64,000 nucleotides of DNA from assembly GCF_964355755.1 (NCBI RefSeq), contig NC_092675.1, positions 13,201,812-13,265,811 of the forward strand. Reading direction: 5' to 3'. The position numbers and the translations under genes are program-made. The notes below the pieces were generated by a model that was not told the origin of the DNA, ran no database searches, and was given only the letters and a program-made list of their open reading frames with translations. Numbering within the stretch: position 1 is the stretch's first letter; every line of letters starts with the position of its first letter. The DNA comes from Antedon mediterranea (lineage: Eukaryota; Animalia; Echinodermata). Positions 25,729-39,400 of this stretch are shown in pieces.

Positions 25729-28700
25729 TTGTTAACATAAAAACACCAATGTGCTTAGAATCACATTATAAACCGTTTTAGACCATTTTGAGCATTTCGA
25801 TAACAATTTTCACACAAAAACATCAAAGAGCACAAAATAGCTTAATATCGTATTTATAAATGTTTTAGACCATTTTGAGCATTTCGACAAAACTTTTTCA
25901 CACAAAACACCAAAGTGCTTAGAATAGCTTCAAATCGCATTTGGAGACGTTTTTTATACCATTTTGTGATTTCGATGAAACTTGATTACACAAAAACATC
26001 AAAGTGCTTAAAATCACATTATAAACCGTTTTAGACCATTTTGAGCAATTCGATAACACTTTTCACACAAAAACATCAAAGAGCAAAAAATAGCTTAATA
26101 TCGTATTTAAAAACGTTTTAGACCATTTTGAGCATTTAGACAAAACTTTTTCACACAAAATACAAAAGTGCTTAGAATAGCTTCAAATCGCATTTGGAGA
26201 CGTTTTAGACCATTTTTGTGATTTTCGAAAAAACTTTTTAACTTAAAAACACCAAAGTGCTTAGAATAGCTTCAAATCACATTTGGAGACGTTTTAGACC
26301 ATTTTGTGATTTTCGAAAAAACTTGTTAACATAAAAACACGAAAGTGCTTAGAATAGCTTCAAATCGCATTTAGAAACGTTTTAGACCATTTTGTGATTT
26401 TCGAAAAAAATTGTTAACATAAAAACACCAAAGTGCTTAGAATCACATTATAAACCGTTTTAGACCATTTTGAGCATTTCGATAACAATTTTCACACAAA
26501 AACATCAAAGAGCACAAAATAGCTTAATATCGTATTTAAAAATGATTTAGACCATTTTGAGCAATTAGATAAAACTTTTTCACACAAAACACCAAAGTGC
26601 TTAGAATAGCTTCAAATCGCATTTGGAGACGTTTTAGACCATTTTGTGATTTTTGAAAAAACTTGTTAACATAAAAACACCAAAGTGCTTAGAATAGCTT
26701 CAAATCACATTTGGAGACGTTTTAGACCATTTTGTGATTTTCGAAAAAACTTGTTAACATAAAAACACGAAAGTGCTTAGAATAGCTTCAAATCGCATTT
26801 GGAAACGTTTTAGACCATTTTGTGATTTTCGAAAAAACTTGTTAACATAAAAACACGAAAGTGCTTAGAATAGCTTCAAATCGCATTTGGAAACGTTTTA
26901 GACCATTTTGTGATTTTCGAAAAAACTTGTTAACATAAAAACACGAAAGTGCTTAGAATAGCTTCAAATCGCATTTGGAAACGTTTTAGACCATTTTGTG
27001 ATTTTCGAAAAAAATTGTTAACATAAAAACACCAAAGTGTTTAGAATAGCTTCAAATCGCATTTGGAGACGTTTTAGACCAATTTGTGATTTTCGAAAAA
27101 ACTTATCAACATAAAAACACCAAAGGGTTTAGAATAGCTTCAAATCGCATTTGGAGACGTTTTAGACCATTTTGTGATTTTGAAAAAACTTGTTAACATA
27201 AAAACACCAAAGTGCTTAGAATAGCTTCAAATCGTATTTGGAGACGTTTTAGACCATTTTGAGATTTTCGAAAAAACTTGGTTACACAAAAACATCAAAG
27301 TGCTTAAAATCACATTATAAACCGTTTTAGACCATTTTTAGCATTTCGGTAACACTTTTCACACAAAAACATCAAAGAGCACAAAATAGCTTAATATCGT
27401 ATTTAAAAACGTTTTAGACCATTTTGAGCATTTAGACAAAACTTTTTCACACAAAACACCAAAGTGCTTAGAATAGCTTCAAATCGCATTTGGAGACGTT
27501 TTAGACCATTTTGTGCATTTCGATGAAACTTGGTTACACAAAAACATTAAAGTGCTTAAAATCACATTATAAATCGTTTTAGACCATTTTGAGCATTTCG
27601 ACAAAACTTTTTCACACAAAATACCAAAGTGCTTAGAATAGCTTCAAATCGCATTTGGAGACGTTTTAGACCATTTTGTGATTTTCGAAAAAACTTTTTA
27701 ACATAAAAACACCAAAGTGCTTAGAATAGCTTCAAATCACATTTGGAGACGTTTTAGACCATAAGTGCTTAGAATCACATTATAAACCGTTTTAGACCAT
27801 TTTGAGCATTTCGATAACAATTTTCACACAAAACATCAAAGAGCACAAAATAGCTTAATATCGTATTTAAAAATGTTTTAGACCATTTTGAGCATTTAGA
27901 TAAAACTTTTTCACACAAAACACCAAAGTGCTTAGAATAGCTTCAAATCGCATTTGGAGACGTTTTAGACCATTTTGTGATTTTTGAAAAAACTTGTTAA
28001 CATAAAAACACCAAAGTGCTTAGAATAGCTTCAAATCACATTTGGAGATGTTTTAGAACATTTTGTGATTTTTGAAAAAACTTGTTAACATAAAAACACG
28101 AAAGTGCTTAGAATAGCTTCAAATCACATTTGGAGACGTTTTAGACCATTTTGTGATTTTTGAAAAAAACTTGTTAACATAAAAACACGAAAGTGCTTAG
28201 AATAGCTTCAAATCGCATTTGGAAACGTTTTAGACCATTTTGTGATTTTCGAAAAAGATTGTTAACATAAAAACACCAATGTGCTTAGAATCACATTATA
28301 AACCGTTTTAGACCATTTTGAGCATTTCGATAACAATTTTCACACAAAAACATCAAAGAGAACAAAATAGCTTAATATCGTATTTATAAATGTTTTAGAC
28401 CATTTTGAGCATTTAGATAAAACTTTTTCACACAAAACACCAAAGTGCTTAGAATAGCTTCAAATCGCATTTGGAGACGTTTTAGACCATTTTGTGATTT
28501 TTGAAAAAAACTTGTTAACATAAAAACACCAAAGTGCTTAGAATAGCTTCAAATCACATTTGGAGACGTTTTAGACCATTTTGTGATTTTCGAAAAAACT
28601 TGTTAACATAAAAACACGAAAGTGCTTAGAATAGCTTCAAATCGCATTTGGAAACGTTTTAGACCATTTTGTGATTTTCGAAAAAACTTGTTAACATAAA

Positions 28701-31700
28701 AACACGAAAGTGCTTAGAATAGCTTCAAATCACATTTGGAGACGTTTTAGACCATTTTGTGATTTTTGAAAAAACTTGTTAACATAAAAACACGAAAGTG
28801 CTTAGAATAGCTTCAAATCGCATTTGGAAACGTTTTAGACCATTTTGTGATTTTCGAAAAAGATTGTTAACATAAAAACACCAATGTGCTTAGAATCACA
28901 TTATAAACCGTTTTAGACCATTTTGAGCATTTCGATAACAATTTTCACACAAAAACATCAAAGAGCACAAAATAGCTTAATATCGTATTTATAAATGTTT
29001 TAGACCATTTTGAGCATTTCGACAAAACTTTTTCACACAAAACACCAAAGTGCTTAGAATAGCTTCAAATCGCATTTGGAGACGTTTTTTATACCATTTT
29101 GTGATTTCGATGAAACTTGATTACACAAAAACATCAAAGTGCTTAAAATCACATTATAAACCGTTTTAGACCATTTTGAGCAATTCGATAACACTTTTCA
29201 CACAAAAACATCAAAGAGCAAAAAATAGCTTAATATCGTATTTAAAAACGTTTTAGACCATTTTGAGCATTTAGACAAAACTTTTTCACACAAAATACAA
29301 AAGTGCTTAGAATAGCTTCAAATCGCATTTGGAGACGTTTTAGACCATTTTTGTGATTTTCGAAAAAACTTTTTAACTTAAAAACACCAAAGTGCTTAGA
29401 ATAGCTTCAAATCACATTTGGAGACGTTTTAGACCATTTTGTGATTTTCGAAAAAACTTGTTAACATAAAAACACGAAAGTGCTTAGAATAGCTTCAAAT
29501 CGCATTTAGAAACGTTTTAGACCATTTTGTGATTTTCGAAAAAAATTGTTAACATAAAAACACCAAAGTGCTTAGAATCACATTATAAACCGTTTTAGAC
29601 CATTTTGAGCATTTCGATAACAATTTTCACACAAAAACATCAAAGAGCACAAAATAGCTTAATATCGTATTTAAAAATGTTTTAGACCATTTTGAGCAAT
29701 TAGAAAAAACTTTTTCACACAAAACACCAAAGTGCTTAGAATAGCTTCAAATCGCATTTGGAGACGTTTTAGACCATTTTGTGATTTTTGAAAAAACTTG
29801 TTAACATAAAAACACCAAAGTGCTTAGAATAGCTTCAAATCACATTTGGAGACGTTTTAGACCATTTTGTGATTTTCGAAAAAACTTGTTAACATAAAAA
29901 CACGAAAGTGCTTAGAATAGCTTCAAATCGCATTTGGAAACGTTTTAGACCATTTTGTGATTTTCGAAAAAACTTGTTAACATAAAAACACGAAAGTGCT
30001 TAGAATAGCTTCAAATCGCATTTGGAAACGTTTTAGACCATTTTGTGATTTTCGAAAAAACTTGTTAACATAAAAACACGAAAGTGCTTAGAATAGCTTC
30101 AAATCGCATTTGGAAACGTTTTAGACCATTTTGTGATTTTCGAAAAAAATTGTTAACATAAAAACACCAAAGTGTTTAGAATAGCTTCAAATCGCATTTG
30201 GAGACGTTTTAGACCAATTTGTGATTTTCGAAAAAACTTATCAACATAAAAACACCAAAGGGTTTAGAATAGCTTCAAATCGCATTTGGAGACGTTTTAG
30301 ACCATTTTGTGATTTTGAAAAAACTTGTTAACATAAAAACACCAAAGTGCTTAGAATAGCTTCAAATCGTATTTGGAGACGTTTTAGACCATTTTGAGAT
30401 TTTCGAAAAAACTTGGTTACACAAAAACATCAAAGTGCTTAAAATCACATTATAAACCGTTTTAGACCATTTTTAGCATTTCGGTAACACTTTTCACACA
30501 AAAACATCAAAGAGCACAAAATAGCTTAATATCGTATTTAAAAACGTTTTAGACCATTTTGAGCATTTAGACAAAACTTTTTCACACAAAACACCAAAGT
30601 GCTTAGAATAGCTTCAAATCGCATTTGGAGACGTTTTAGACCATTTTGTGCATTTCGATGAAACTTGGTTACACAAAAACATTAAAGTGCTTAAAATCAC
30701 ATTATAAATCGTTTTAGACCATTTTGAGCATTTCGACAAAACTTTTTCACACAAAATACCAAAGTGCTTAGAATAGCTTCAAATCGCATTTGGAGACGTT
30801 TTAGACCATTTTGTGATTTTCGAAAAAACTTTTTAACATAAAAACACCAAAGTGCTTAGAATAGCTTCAAATCACATTTGGAGACGTTTTAGACCATAAG
30901 TGCTTAGAATCACATTATAAACCGTTTTAGACCATTTTGAGCATTTCGATAACAATTTTCACACAAAACATCAAAGAGCACAAAATAGCTTAATATCGTA
31001 TTTAAAAATGTTTTAGACCATTTTGAGCATTTAGATAAAACTTTTTCACACAAAACACCAAAGTGCTTAGAATAGCTTCAAATCGCATTTGGAGACGTTT
31101 TAGACCATTTTGTGATTTTTGAAAAAACTTGTTAACATAAAAACACCAAAGTGCTTAGAATAGCTTCAAATCACATTTGGAGATGTTTTAGAACATTTTG
31201 TGATTTTTGAAAAAACTTGTTAACATAAAAACACGAAAGTGCTTAGAATAGCTTCAAATCACATTTGGAGACGTTTTAGACCATTTTGTGATTTTTGAAA
31301 AAAACTTGTTAACATAAAAACACGAAAGTGCTTAGAATAGCTTCAAATCGCATTTGGAAACGTTTTAGACCATTTTGTGATTTTCGAAAAAGATTGTTAA
31401 CATAAAAACACCAATGTGCTTAGAATCACATTATAAACCGTTTTAGACCATTTTGAGCATTTCGATAACAATTTTCACACAAAAACATCAAAGAGAACAA
31501 AATAGCTTAATATCGTATTTATAAATGTTTTAGACCATTTTGAGCATTTAGATAAAACTTTTTCACACAAAACACCAAAGTGCTTAGAATAGCTTCAAAT
31601 CGCATTTGGAGACGTTTTAGACCATTTTGTGATTTTTGAAAAAACTTGTTAACATAAAAACACCAAAGTGCTTAGAATAGCTTCAAATCACATTTGGAGA

Positions 31701-31865
31701 CGTTTTAGACCATTTTGTGATTTTCGAAAAAACTTGTTAACATAAAAACACGAAAGTGCTTAGAATAGCTTCAAATCGCATTTGGAAACGTTTTAGACCA
31801 TTTTGTGATTTTCGAAAAAACTTGTTAACATAAAAACACGAAAGTGCTTAGAATAGCTTCAAATC
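25729..31865 (+). repeat. Tandem duplication (two-copy HOR), period ~3135 bp
   Basis: Private variants at offset 3135: CAATTCG 26046/29181, GAGCAAAAAA 26081/29216, TACAAAAG 26161/29296, ACTTAAAAAC 26241/29376, the 38-mer at 27758/30893, and AACAAAATAG (from GAGAAC) 28361/31496. Confidence 0.9.
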
Positions 31866-32599
31866 GCATTTGGAAACGTTTTAGACCATTTTGTGATTTT
31901 CGAAAAAGATTGTTAACATAAAAACACCAATGTGTTTAGAATCACATTATAAACCGTTTTAGACCATTTTGAGCATTTCGATAACAATTTTCACACAAAA
32001 ACATCAAAGAGCACAAAATAGCTTAATATCGTATTTATAAATGTTTTAGACCATTTTGAGCATTTCGACAAAACTTTTTCACACAAAACACCAAAGTGCT
32101 TAGAATAGCTTCAAATCGCATTTGGAGACGTTTTAGACCATTTTGTGATTTTCGAAAAAACTTGTTAACATAAAAACACCAAAGTGCTTAGAATAGCTTC
32201 AAATCGTATTTGGAGACGTTTTAGACCATTTTGAGATTTTCGAAAAAACTTGGTTACACAAAAACATCAAAGTGCTTAAAATCACATTATAAACCGTTTT
32301 AGACCATTTTGAGCATTTCGGTAACACTTTTCACACAAAAACATCAAAGAGCACAAAATAGCTTAATATCGTATTTAAAAACGTTTTAGACCATTTTGAG
32401 CATTTAGACAAAACTTTTTCACACAAAACACCAAAGTGCTTAGAATAGCTTCAAATCGCATTTGGAGACGTTTTAGACCATTTTGTGCATTTCGATGAAA
32501 CTTGGTTACACAAAAACATCAAAGTGCTTAAAATCACATTATAAATCGTTTTAGACCATTTTGAGCATTTCGACAAAACTTTTTTCACACAAAATACCA

Positions 32600-35500
32600 A
32601 AGTGCTTAGAATAGCTTCAAATCGCATTTGGAGACGTTTTAGACCATTTTGTGATTTTTGAAAAAACTTGTTAACATAAAAACACAAAAGTGCTTAGAAT
32701 AGCTTCAAATCACATTTGGAGACGTTTTAGACCATTTTGTGATTTTCGAAAAAACTTGTTAACATAAAAACACGAAAGTGCTTAGAATAGCTTCAAATCG
32801 CATTTGGAAACGTTTTAGACCATTTTGTGATTTTCGAAAAAACTTGTTAACATAAAAACATGAAAGTGCTTAGAATAGCTTCAAATCGTATTTGGAGACG
32901 TTTTAGACCATTTTGTGATTTTCGAAAAAACTTGTTAACATAAAAACACCAATGTGCTTAGAAAAGCTTCAAATCGCATTTTGAGACGTTTTAGACCATT
33001 TTGTGCATTTCGATGAAACTTGGTTACACAAAAACATCAAAGTGCTTAAAATCACATTATAAACCATTTTAGACCATTTTGAGCATTTCGATAACACTTT
33101 TCACACAAAAACATCAAAGAGCACAAAATAGCTTAATATCGTATTTAAAAACGTTTTAGACCATTTTGAGCATTTCGACAAAACTTTTTCACACAAAACA
33201 CCAAAGTGCTTAGAATAGCTTCAAATCGCATTTGGAGACGTTTTAGACCATTTTGTGATTTTCGAAAAAACTTGTTAACATAAAAACATCAAAGTGTACA
33301 GAATAACTTCAAATCGCATTTGGAGACCGTTTTAGGCCAATTTGTGATTTTCGAAAAAACTTGTTAACCTAAAAACACCAAAGTGTTTAGAATAGCTTCA
33401 AATCGCATTTGGAGACGTTTTAGACCATTTTGTGATTTTCGAAAAAACTTGTTAACATAAAAACACCAAAGTGCTTCAAATCGCATTTGGAGACATTTTA
33501 GACCAATTTGTGATTTTTGAAAAAACTTGTTAACATAAAAACACCAAAGTGCATACAATAGCTTCAAATCGTATTTGGAGACGTTTTAGACCATTTTGTG
33601 ATTTTCGAAAAAACGTGTTAACATAAAAACACCAAAGTACTTAGAATAGCTTCAAATCGCATTTGGAGACGTTTTAGACCATTTTATGCATTTCGATGAA
33701 ACTTGGTTACACAAAAACATCAATGTGCTTAAAATCACATTATAATCCGTTTTAGACCATTTTGAGCATTTCGATAACACTTTTCACACAAAAACATCAA
33801 AGAGCACAAAATAGCTTAATATCGTATTTAAAAACGTTTTAGACCATTTTGAGCATTTAGACAAAACTTTTTCACACAAAACACCAAAGTGTTTAGAATA
33901 GCTTCAAATCGCATTTGGAGACGTTTTAGACCATTTTGTGATTTTCGAAAAAACTTGTTAACATAAAAACACCAAAGTGCTTCAAATCGCATTTGAGACA
34001 TTTTAGACCAATTTGTGATTTTTGAAAAAACTTGTTAACATAAAAACACCAAAGTGCTTACAATAGCTTCAAATCGTATTTGGAGACGTTTTAGACCATT
34101 TTGTGATTTTCGAAAAAACTTGTTAACATAAAAACACCAAAGTACTTAGAATAGCTTCAAATCGCATTTGGAGACGTTTTAGACCATTTTATGCATTTCG
34201 ATGAAACTTGGTTACACAAAAACATCAAAGTGCTTAAAATCACATTATAATCCGTTTTAGACCATTTTGAGCATTTCGATAACACTTTTCACACAAAAAC
34301 ATCAAAGAGCACAAAATAGCTTAATATCGTATTTAAAAACTTTTTAGACCATTTTGAGCATTTCGACAAAACTTTTTCACACAAAACACCAAAGTGCTTA
34401 GAATAGCTTCAAATCGCATTTGGAGACGTTTTAGACCATTTTGTGATTTTCGAAAAAAATTGTTAACATAAAAACATCAAAGTGTACAGAATAGCTTCAA
34501 ATCGCATTTGGAGACCGTTTTAGGCCAATTTGTGATTTTCGAAAAAACTTGTTAACCTAAAAATACCAAAGTGTTTAGAATAGCTTCAAATCGCATTTGG
34601 AGACGTTTTAGACCATTTTGTGATTTTCGAAAAAACTTGTTAACATAAAAACACCAAAGTGCTTAGAATAGCTTCAAATCACATTTGGAGACGTTTTAGA
34701 CCATAAGTGCTTAGAATCACATTATAAACCGTTTTAGACCATTTTGAGCATTTCGATAACAATTTTCACACAAAAACATCAAAGAGCACAAAATAGCCTA
34801 ATATCGTATTTAAAAATGTTTTAGACCATTTTGAGCATTTAGATAAAACTTTTTCACACAAAACACCAATGTGCTTAGAATAGCTTCAAATCGCATTTGG
34901 AGACGTTTTAGACCATTTTGTGATTTTTGAAAAAACTTGTTAACATAAAAACACCAAAGTGCTTAGAATAGCTTCAAATCACATTTGGAGACGTTTTAGA
35001 CCATTTTGTGATTTTCGAAAAAACTTGTTAACATAAAAACACGAAAGTGCTTAGAATAGCTTCAAATCGCATTTGGAAACGTTTTAGACCATTTAGTGAT
35101 TTTCGAAAAAACTTGTTAACATAAAAACACGAAAGTGCTTAGAATAGCTTCAAATCGCATTTGGAAACGTTTTAGACCATTTTGTGATTTTCGAAAAAAA
35201 TTGTTAACATAAAAACACCAAAGTGTTTAGAATAGCTTCAAATCGCATTTGGAGACGTTTTAGACCAATTTGTGATTTTCGAAAAAACTTATCAACATAA
35301 AAACACCAAAGGGTTTAGAATAGCTTCAAATCGCATTTGGAGACGTTTTAGACCATTTTGTGATTTTCGAAAAAACTTGTTAACATAAAAACACGAAAGT
35401 GCTTAGAATAGCTTCAAATCGCATTTGGAAACGTTTTAGACCATTTTGTGATTTTCGAAAAAACTTGTTAACATAAAAACATGAAAGTGCTTAGAATAGC

Positions 35501-36455
35501 TTCAAATCGTATTTGGAGACGTTTTAGACCATTTTGTGATTTTCGAAAAAACTTGTTAACATAAAAACACCAATGTGCTTAGAATAGCTTCAAATCGCAT
35601 TTTGAGACGTTTTAGACCATTTTGTGCATTTCGATGAAACTTGGTTACACAAAAACATCAAAGTGCTTAAAATCACATTATAAACCATTTTAGACCATTT
35701 TGAGCATTTCGATAACACTTTTCACACAAAAACATCAAAGAGCACAAAATAGCTTAATATCGTATTTAAAAACGTTTTAGACCATTTTGAGCATTTCGAC
35801 AAAACTTTTTCACACAAAACACCAAAGTGCTTAGAATAGCTTCAAATCGCATTTGGAGACGTTTTAGACCATTTTGTGATTTTCGAAAAAACTTGTTAAC
35901 ATAAAAACATCAAAGTGTACAGAATAACTTCAAATCGCATTTGGAGACCGTTTTAGGCCAATTTGTGATTTTCGAAAAAACTTGTTAACCTAAAAATATC
36001 AAAGTGTTTAGAATAGCTTCAAATCGCATTTGGAGACGTTTTAGACCATTTTGTGATTTTCGAAAAAACTTGTTAACATAAAAACACCAAAGTGCTTCAA
36101 ATCGCATTTGGAGACATTTTAGACCAATTTGTGATTTTTGAAAAAACTTGTTAACATAAAAACACCAAAGTGCTTACAATAGCTTCAAATCGTATTTGGA
36201 GACGTTTTAGACCATTTTGTGATTTTCGAAAAAACTTGTTAACATAAAAACACCAAAGTACTTAGAATAGCTTCAAATCGCATTTGGAGACGTTTTAGAC
36301 CATTTTATGCATTTCGATGAAACTTGGTTACACAAAAACATCAATGTGCTTAAAATCACATTATAATCCGTTTTAGACCATTTTGAGCATTTCGATAACA
36401 CTTTTCACACAAAAACATCAAAGAGCACAAAATAGCTTAATATCGTATTTAAAAA
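32600..36455 (+). repeat. ~3.85-kb block duplicated at about 56596-60451 (offset 23996 bp)
   Basis: Private variants: GAAAAGCTTC 32961/56957, TGTACAG 33295/57291, GCATACAATA 33551/57547, AAATAGCCTA 34791/58787, TAAAAATATC 35991/59987. Identical 67-aa chance ORFs lie at the same offset. Confidence 0.9.
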
Positions 36456-39400
36456 CTTTTTAAACCATTTTGAGCATTTCGACAAAACTTTTTCACACAA
36501 AACACCAAAGTGCTTAGAATAGCTTCAAATCGCATTTGGAGACGTTTTAGACCAATTTGTGATTTTTGAAAAAACTTGTTAACATAAAATCACCAAAGTG
36601 CTTAGAATAGCTTCAAATCGCATTTGGAGACGTTTTAGACCATTTTGTGATTTTCGAAAAAAATTGTTAACATAAAAACATCAAAGTGTACAGAATAGCT
36701 TCAAATCGCATTTGGAGACCGTTTTAGGCCAATTTGTGATTTTCGAAAAAACTTGTTAACCTAAAAATACCAAAGTGTTTAGAATAGCTTCAAATCGCAT
36801 TTGGAGACGTTTTAGACCATTTTGTGATTTTCGAAAAAACTTGTTAACATAAAAACACCAAAGTGCTTAGAATAGCTTCAAATCGCATTTGGAGACATTT
36901 TAGACCAATTTGTGATTTTCTAAAAAACTTATCAACATAAAAACACCAAAGGGTTTAGAATATCTTCAAATCGCATTTGGAGACGTTTTAGACCATTTTG
37001 TGATTTTCGAAAAAACTTGTTAACATAAAAACACCAAAGTGCTTAGAATAGCTTCAAATCGCATTTGGAGACGTTTTAGACCAATTTGTGATTTTCGAAA
37101 AAACTTATCAACATAAAAACACCAAAGGGTTTAGAATAGCTTCATTTGGAGACGTTTTAGACCATTTTGTGATTTTGAAAAAACTTGTTAACATAAAAAC
37201 ACCAAAGTGCTTAGAATAGCTTCAAATCGCATTTGGAGACGTTTTAGACCATTTTGTGATTTTCGAAAAAACTTGTTAACATAAAAACACCAAAGTGCTT
37301 AGAATAGCTTCAAATCGTATTTGGAGACGTTTTAGACCATTTTGAGATTTTCGAAAAAACTTGGTTACACAAAAACATCAAAGTGCTTAAAATCACATTA
37401 TAAACCGTTTTAGACCATTTTGAGCATTTCGATAACACTTTTCACACAAAAACATCAAAGAGCACAAAATAGCTTAATATCGTATTTAAAAAGGTTTTAG
37501 ACCATTTTGAGAATTTAGACAAAACTTTTTCACACAAAACACCAAAGTGCTTAGAATAGCTTCAAATCGCATTTGGATACGTTTTAGAACATTTTGGGTT
37601 TTTCGAAAAAAACTGTTAACATAAAAACACAAAAGTGCTTAGAATAGCTTCAAATCGCATTTGGAGACGTTTTAGAACATTTTGTGTTCTTCGAAAAAAC
37701 CTGTTAACATAAAAACACCAAAGTGCTTAGAATAGCTTCAAATCGCATTTGGAGACGTTTTAGACCATTTTGTGATTTTTGAAAAAACTTGTTAACATGA
37801 AAACACCAAAGTGCTTAGAATAGCTTCAAATCACATTTGGAGACGTTTTAGACCATTTTGTGATTTTCGAAAAAACTTGTTAACATAAAAACACGAAAGT
37901 GGTTAGAATAGCTTCAAATCGCATTTGGAAACGTTTTAGACCATTTTGTGATTTTCGAAAAAGATTGTTAACATAAAAACACCAAAGTGCTTAGAATCAC
38001 AATATAAACCGTTTTAGACCATTTTGAGCATTTCGATAACAATTTTCACACAAAAACATCAAAGAGCACAAAATAGCTTAATATCGTATTTAAAAATGTT
38101 TTAGACCATTTTGAGCATTTGGATAAAACTTTTTCACACAAAACACCAAAGTGCTTAGAATAGCTTCAAATCGCATTTGGAGACGGTTTAGACCATTTTG
38201 TGATTTTGAAAAAACTTGTTAACATAAAAACACCAAAGTGCTTAGAATAGCTTCAAATCGCATTTGGAGACGTTTTAGACCATTTTGTGATTTTCGAAAG
38301 AACTTGTTAACATAAAAACACCAAAGTGCTTAGAATAGCTTCAAATCGTATTTGGAGACGTTTTAGACCATTTTGAGATTTTCGAAAAAACTTGGTTACA
38401 CAAAAACATCAAAGTGCTTAAAATCACATTATAGACCGTTTTAGACCATTTTGAACATTTCGATAACACTTTTCACACAAAAACATCAAAGAGCACAAAA
38501 TAGCTTAATATCGTATTTAAAAACGTTTTAGACCATTTTGAGCATTTCGAAAAAACTTTTTCACACAAAACACCAAAGTGCTTAGAATAGCTTCAAATCG
38601 CATTTGGAGACGTTTTAGACCAATTTGTGCATTTCGATGAAACTTGATTACACAAAAACATCAACGTGCTTAAAATGACATTATAAACCGTTTTAGACCA
38701 TTTTGAGCATTTCGATAACACTTTTCACACAAAAACATCAAAGAGCACAAAATAGCTTAATATCGTATTTAAAAACGTTTTAGACCATTTTGAGCATTTA
38801 GACAAAACTTTTTCACACAAAACACCAAAGTGCTTAGAATAGCTTCAAATCGCATTTGGAGACGTTTTAGACCATTTTGTGATTTTTGAAAAAACTTGTT
38901 AACATAAAAACACCAAAGTGCTTAGAATAGCTTCAAATCACATTTGGAGACGTTTTAGACCATTTTGTGATTTTCGAAAAAACTTGTTAACATAAAAACA
39001 CCAAAGTGCTTAGAATAGCTTCAAATCGTATTTGGAGACGTTTTAGACCATTTTGTGATTTTGAAAAAACTTGGTTACACAAAAACATCAAAGTGCTTAA
39101 AATCACATTATAAACCGTTTTAGACCATTTTGAACATTTCGATAACACTTTTCACACAAAAACATCAAAGAGCACAAAATAGCTTAATATCGTATTTAAA
39201 AACGTTTTAGACCATTTTGAGCATTTCGACAAAACTTTTTCACACAAAACACCAAAGTGCTTAGAATAGCTTCAAATCGCATTTGGAGACGTTTTAGACC
39301 AATTTGTGCATTTCGATGAAACTTGATTACACAAAAACATCAAAGTGCTTAAAATCACATTATAAACCGTTTTAGACCATTTTGAGCATTTCGATAACAC

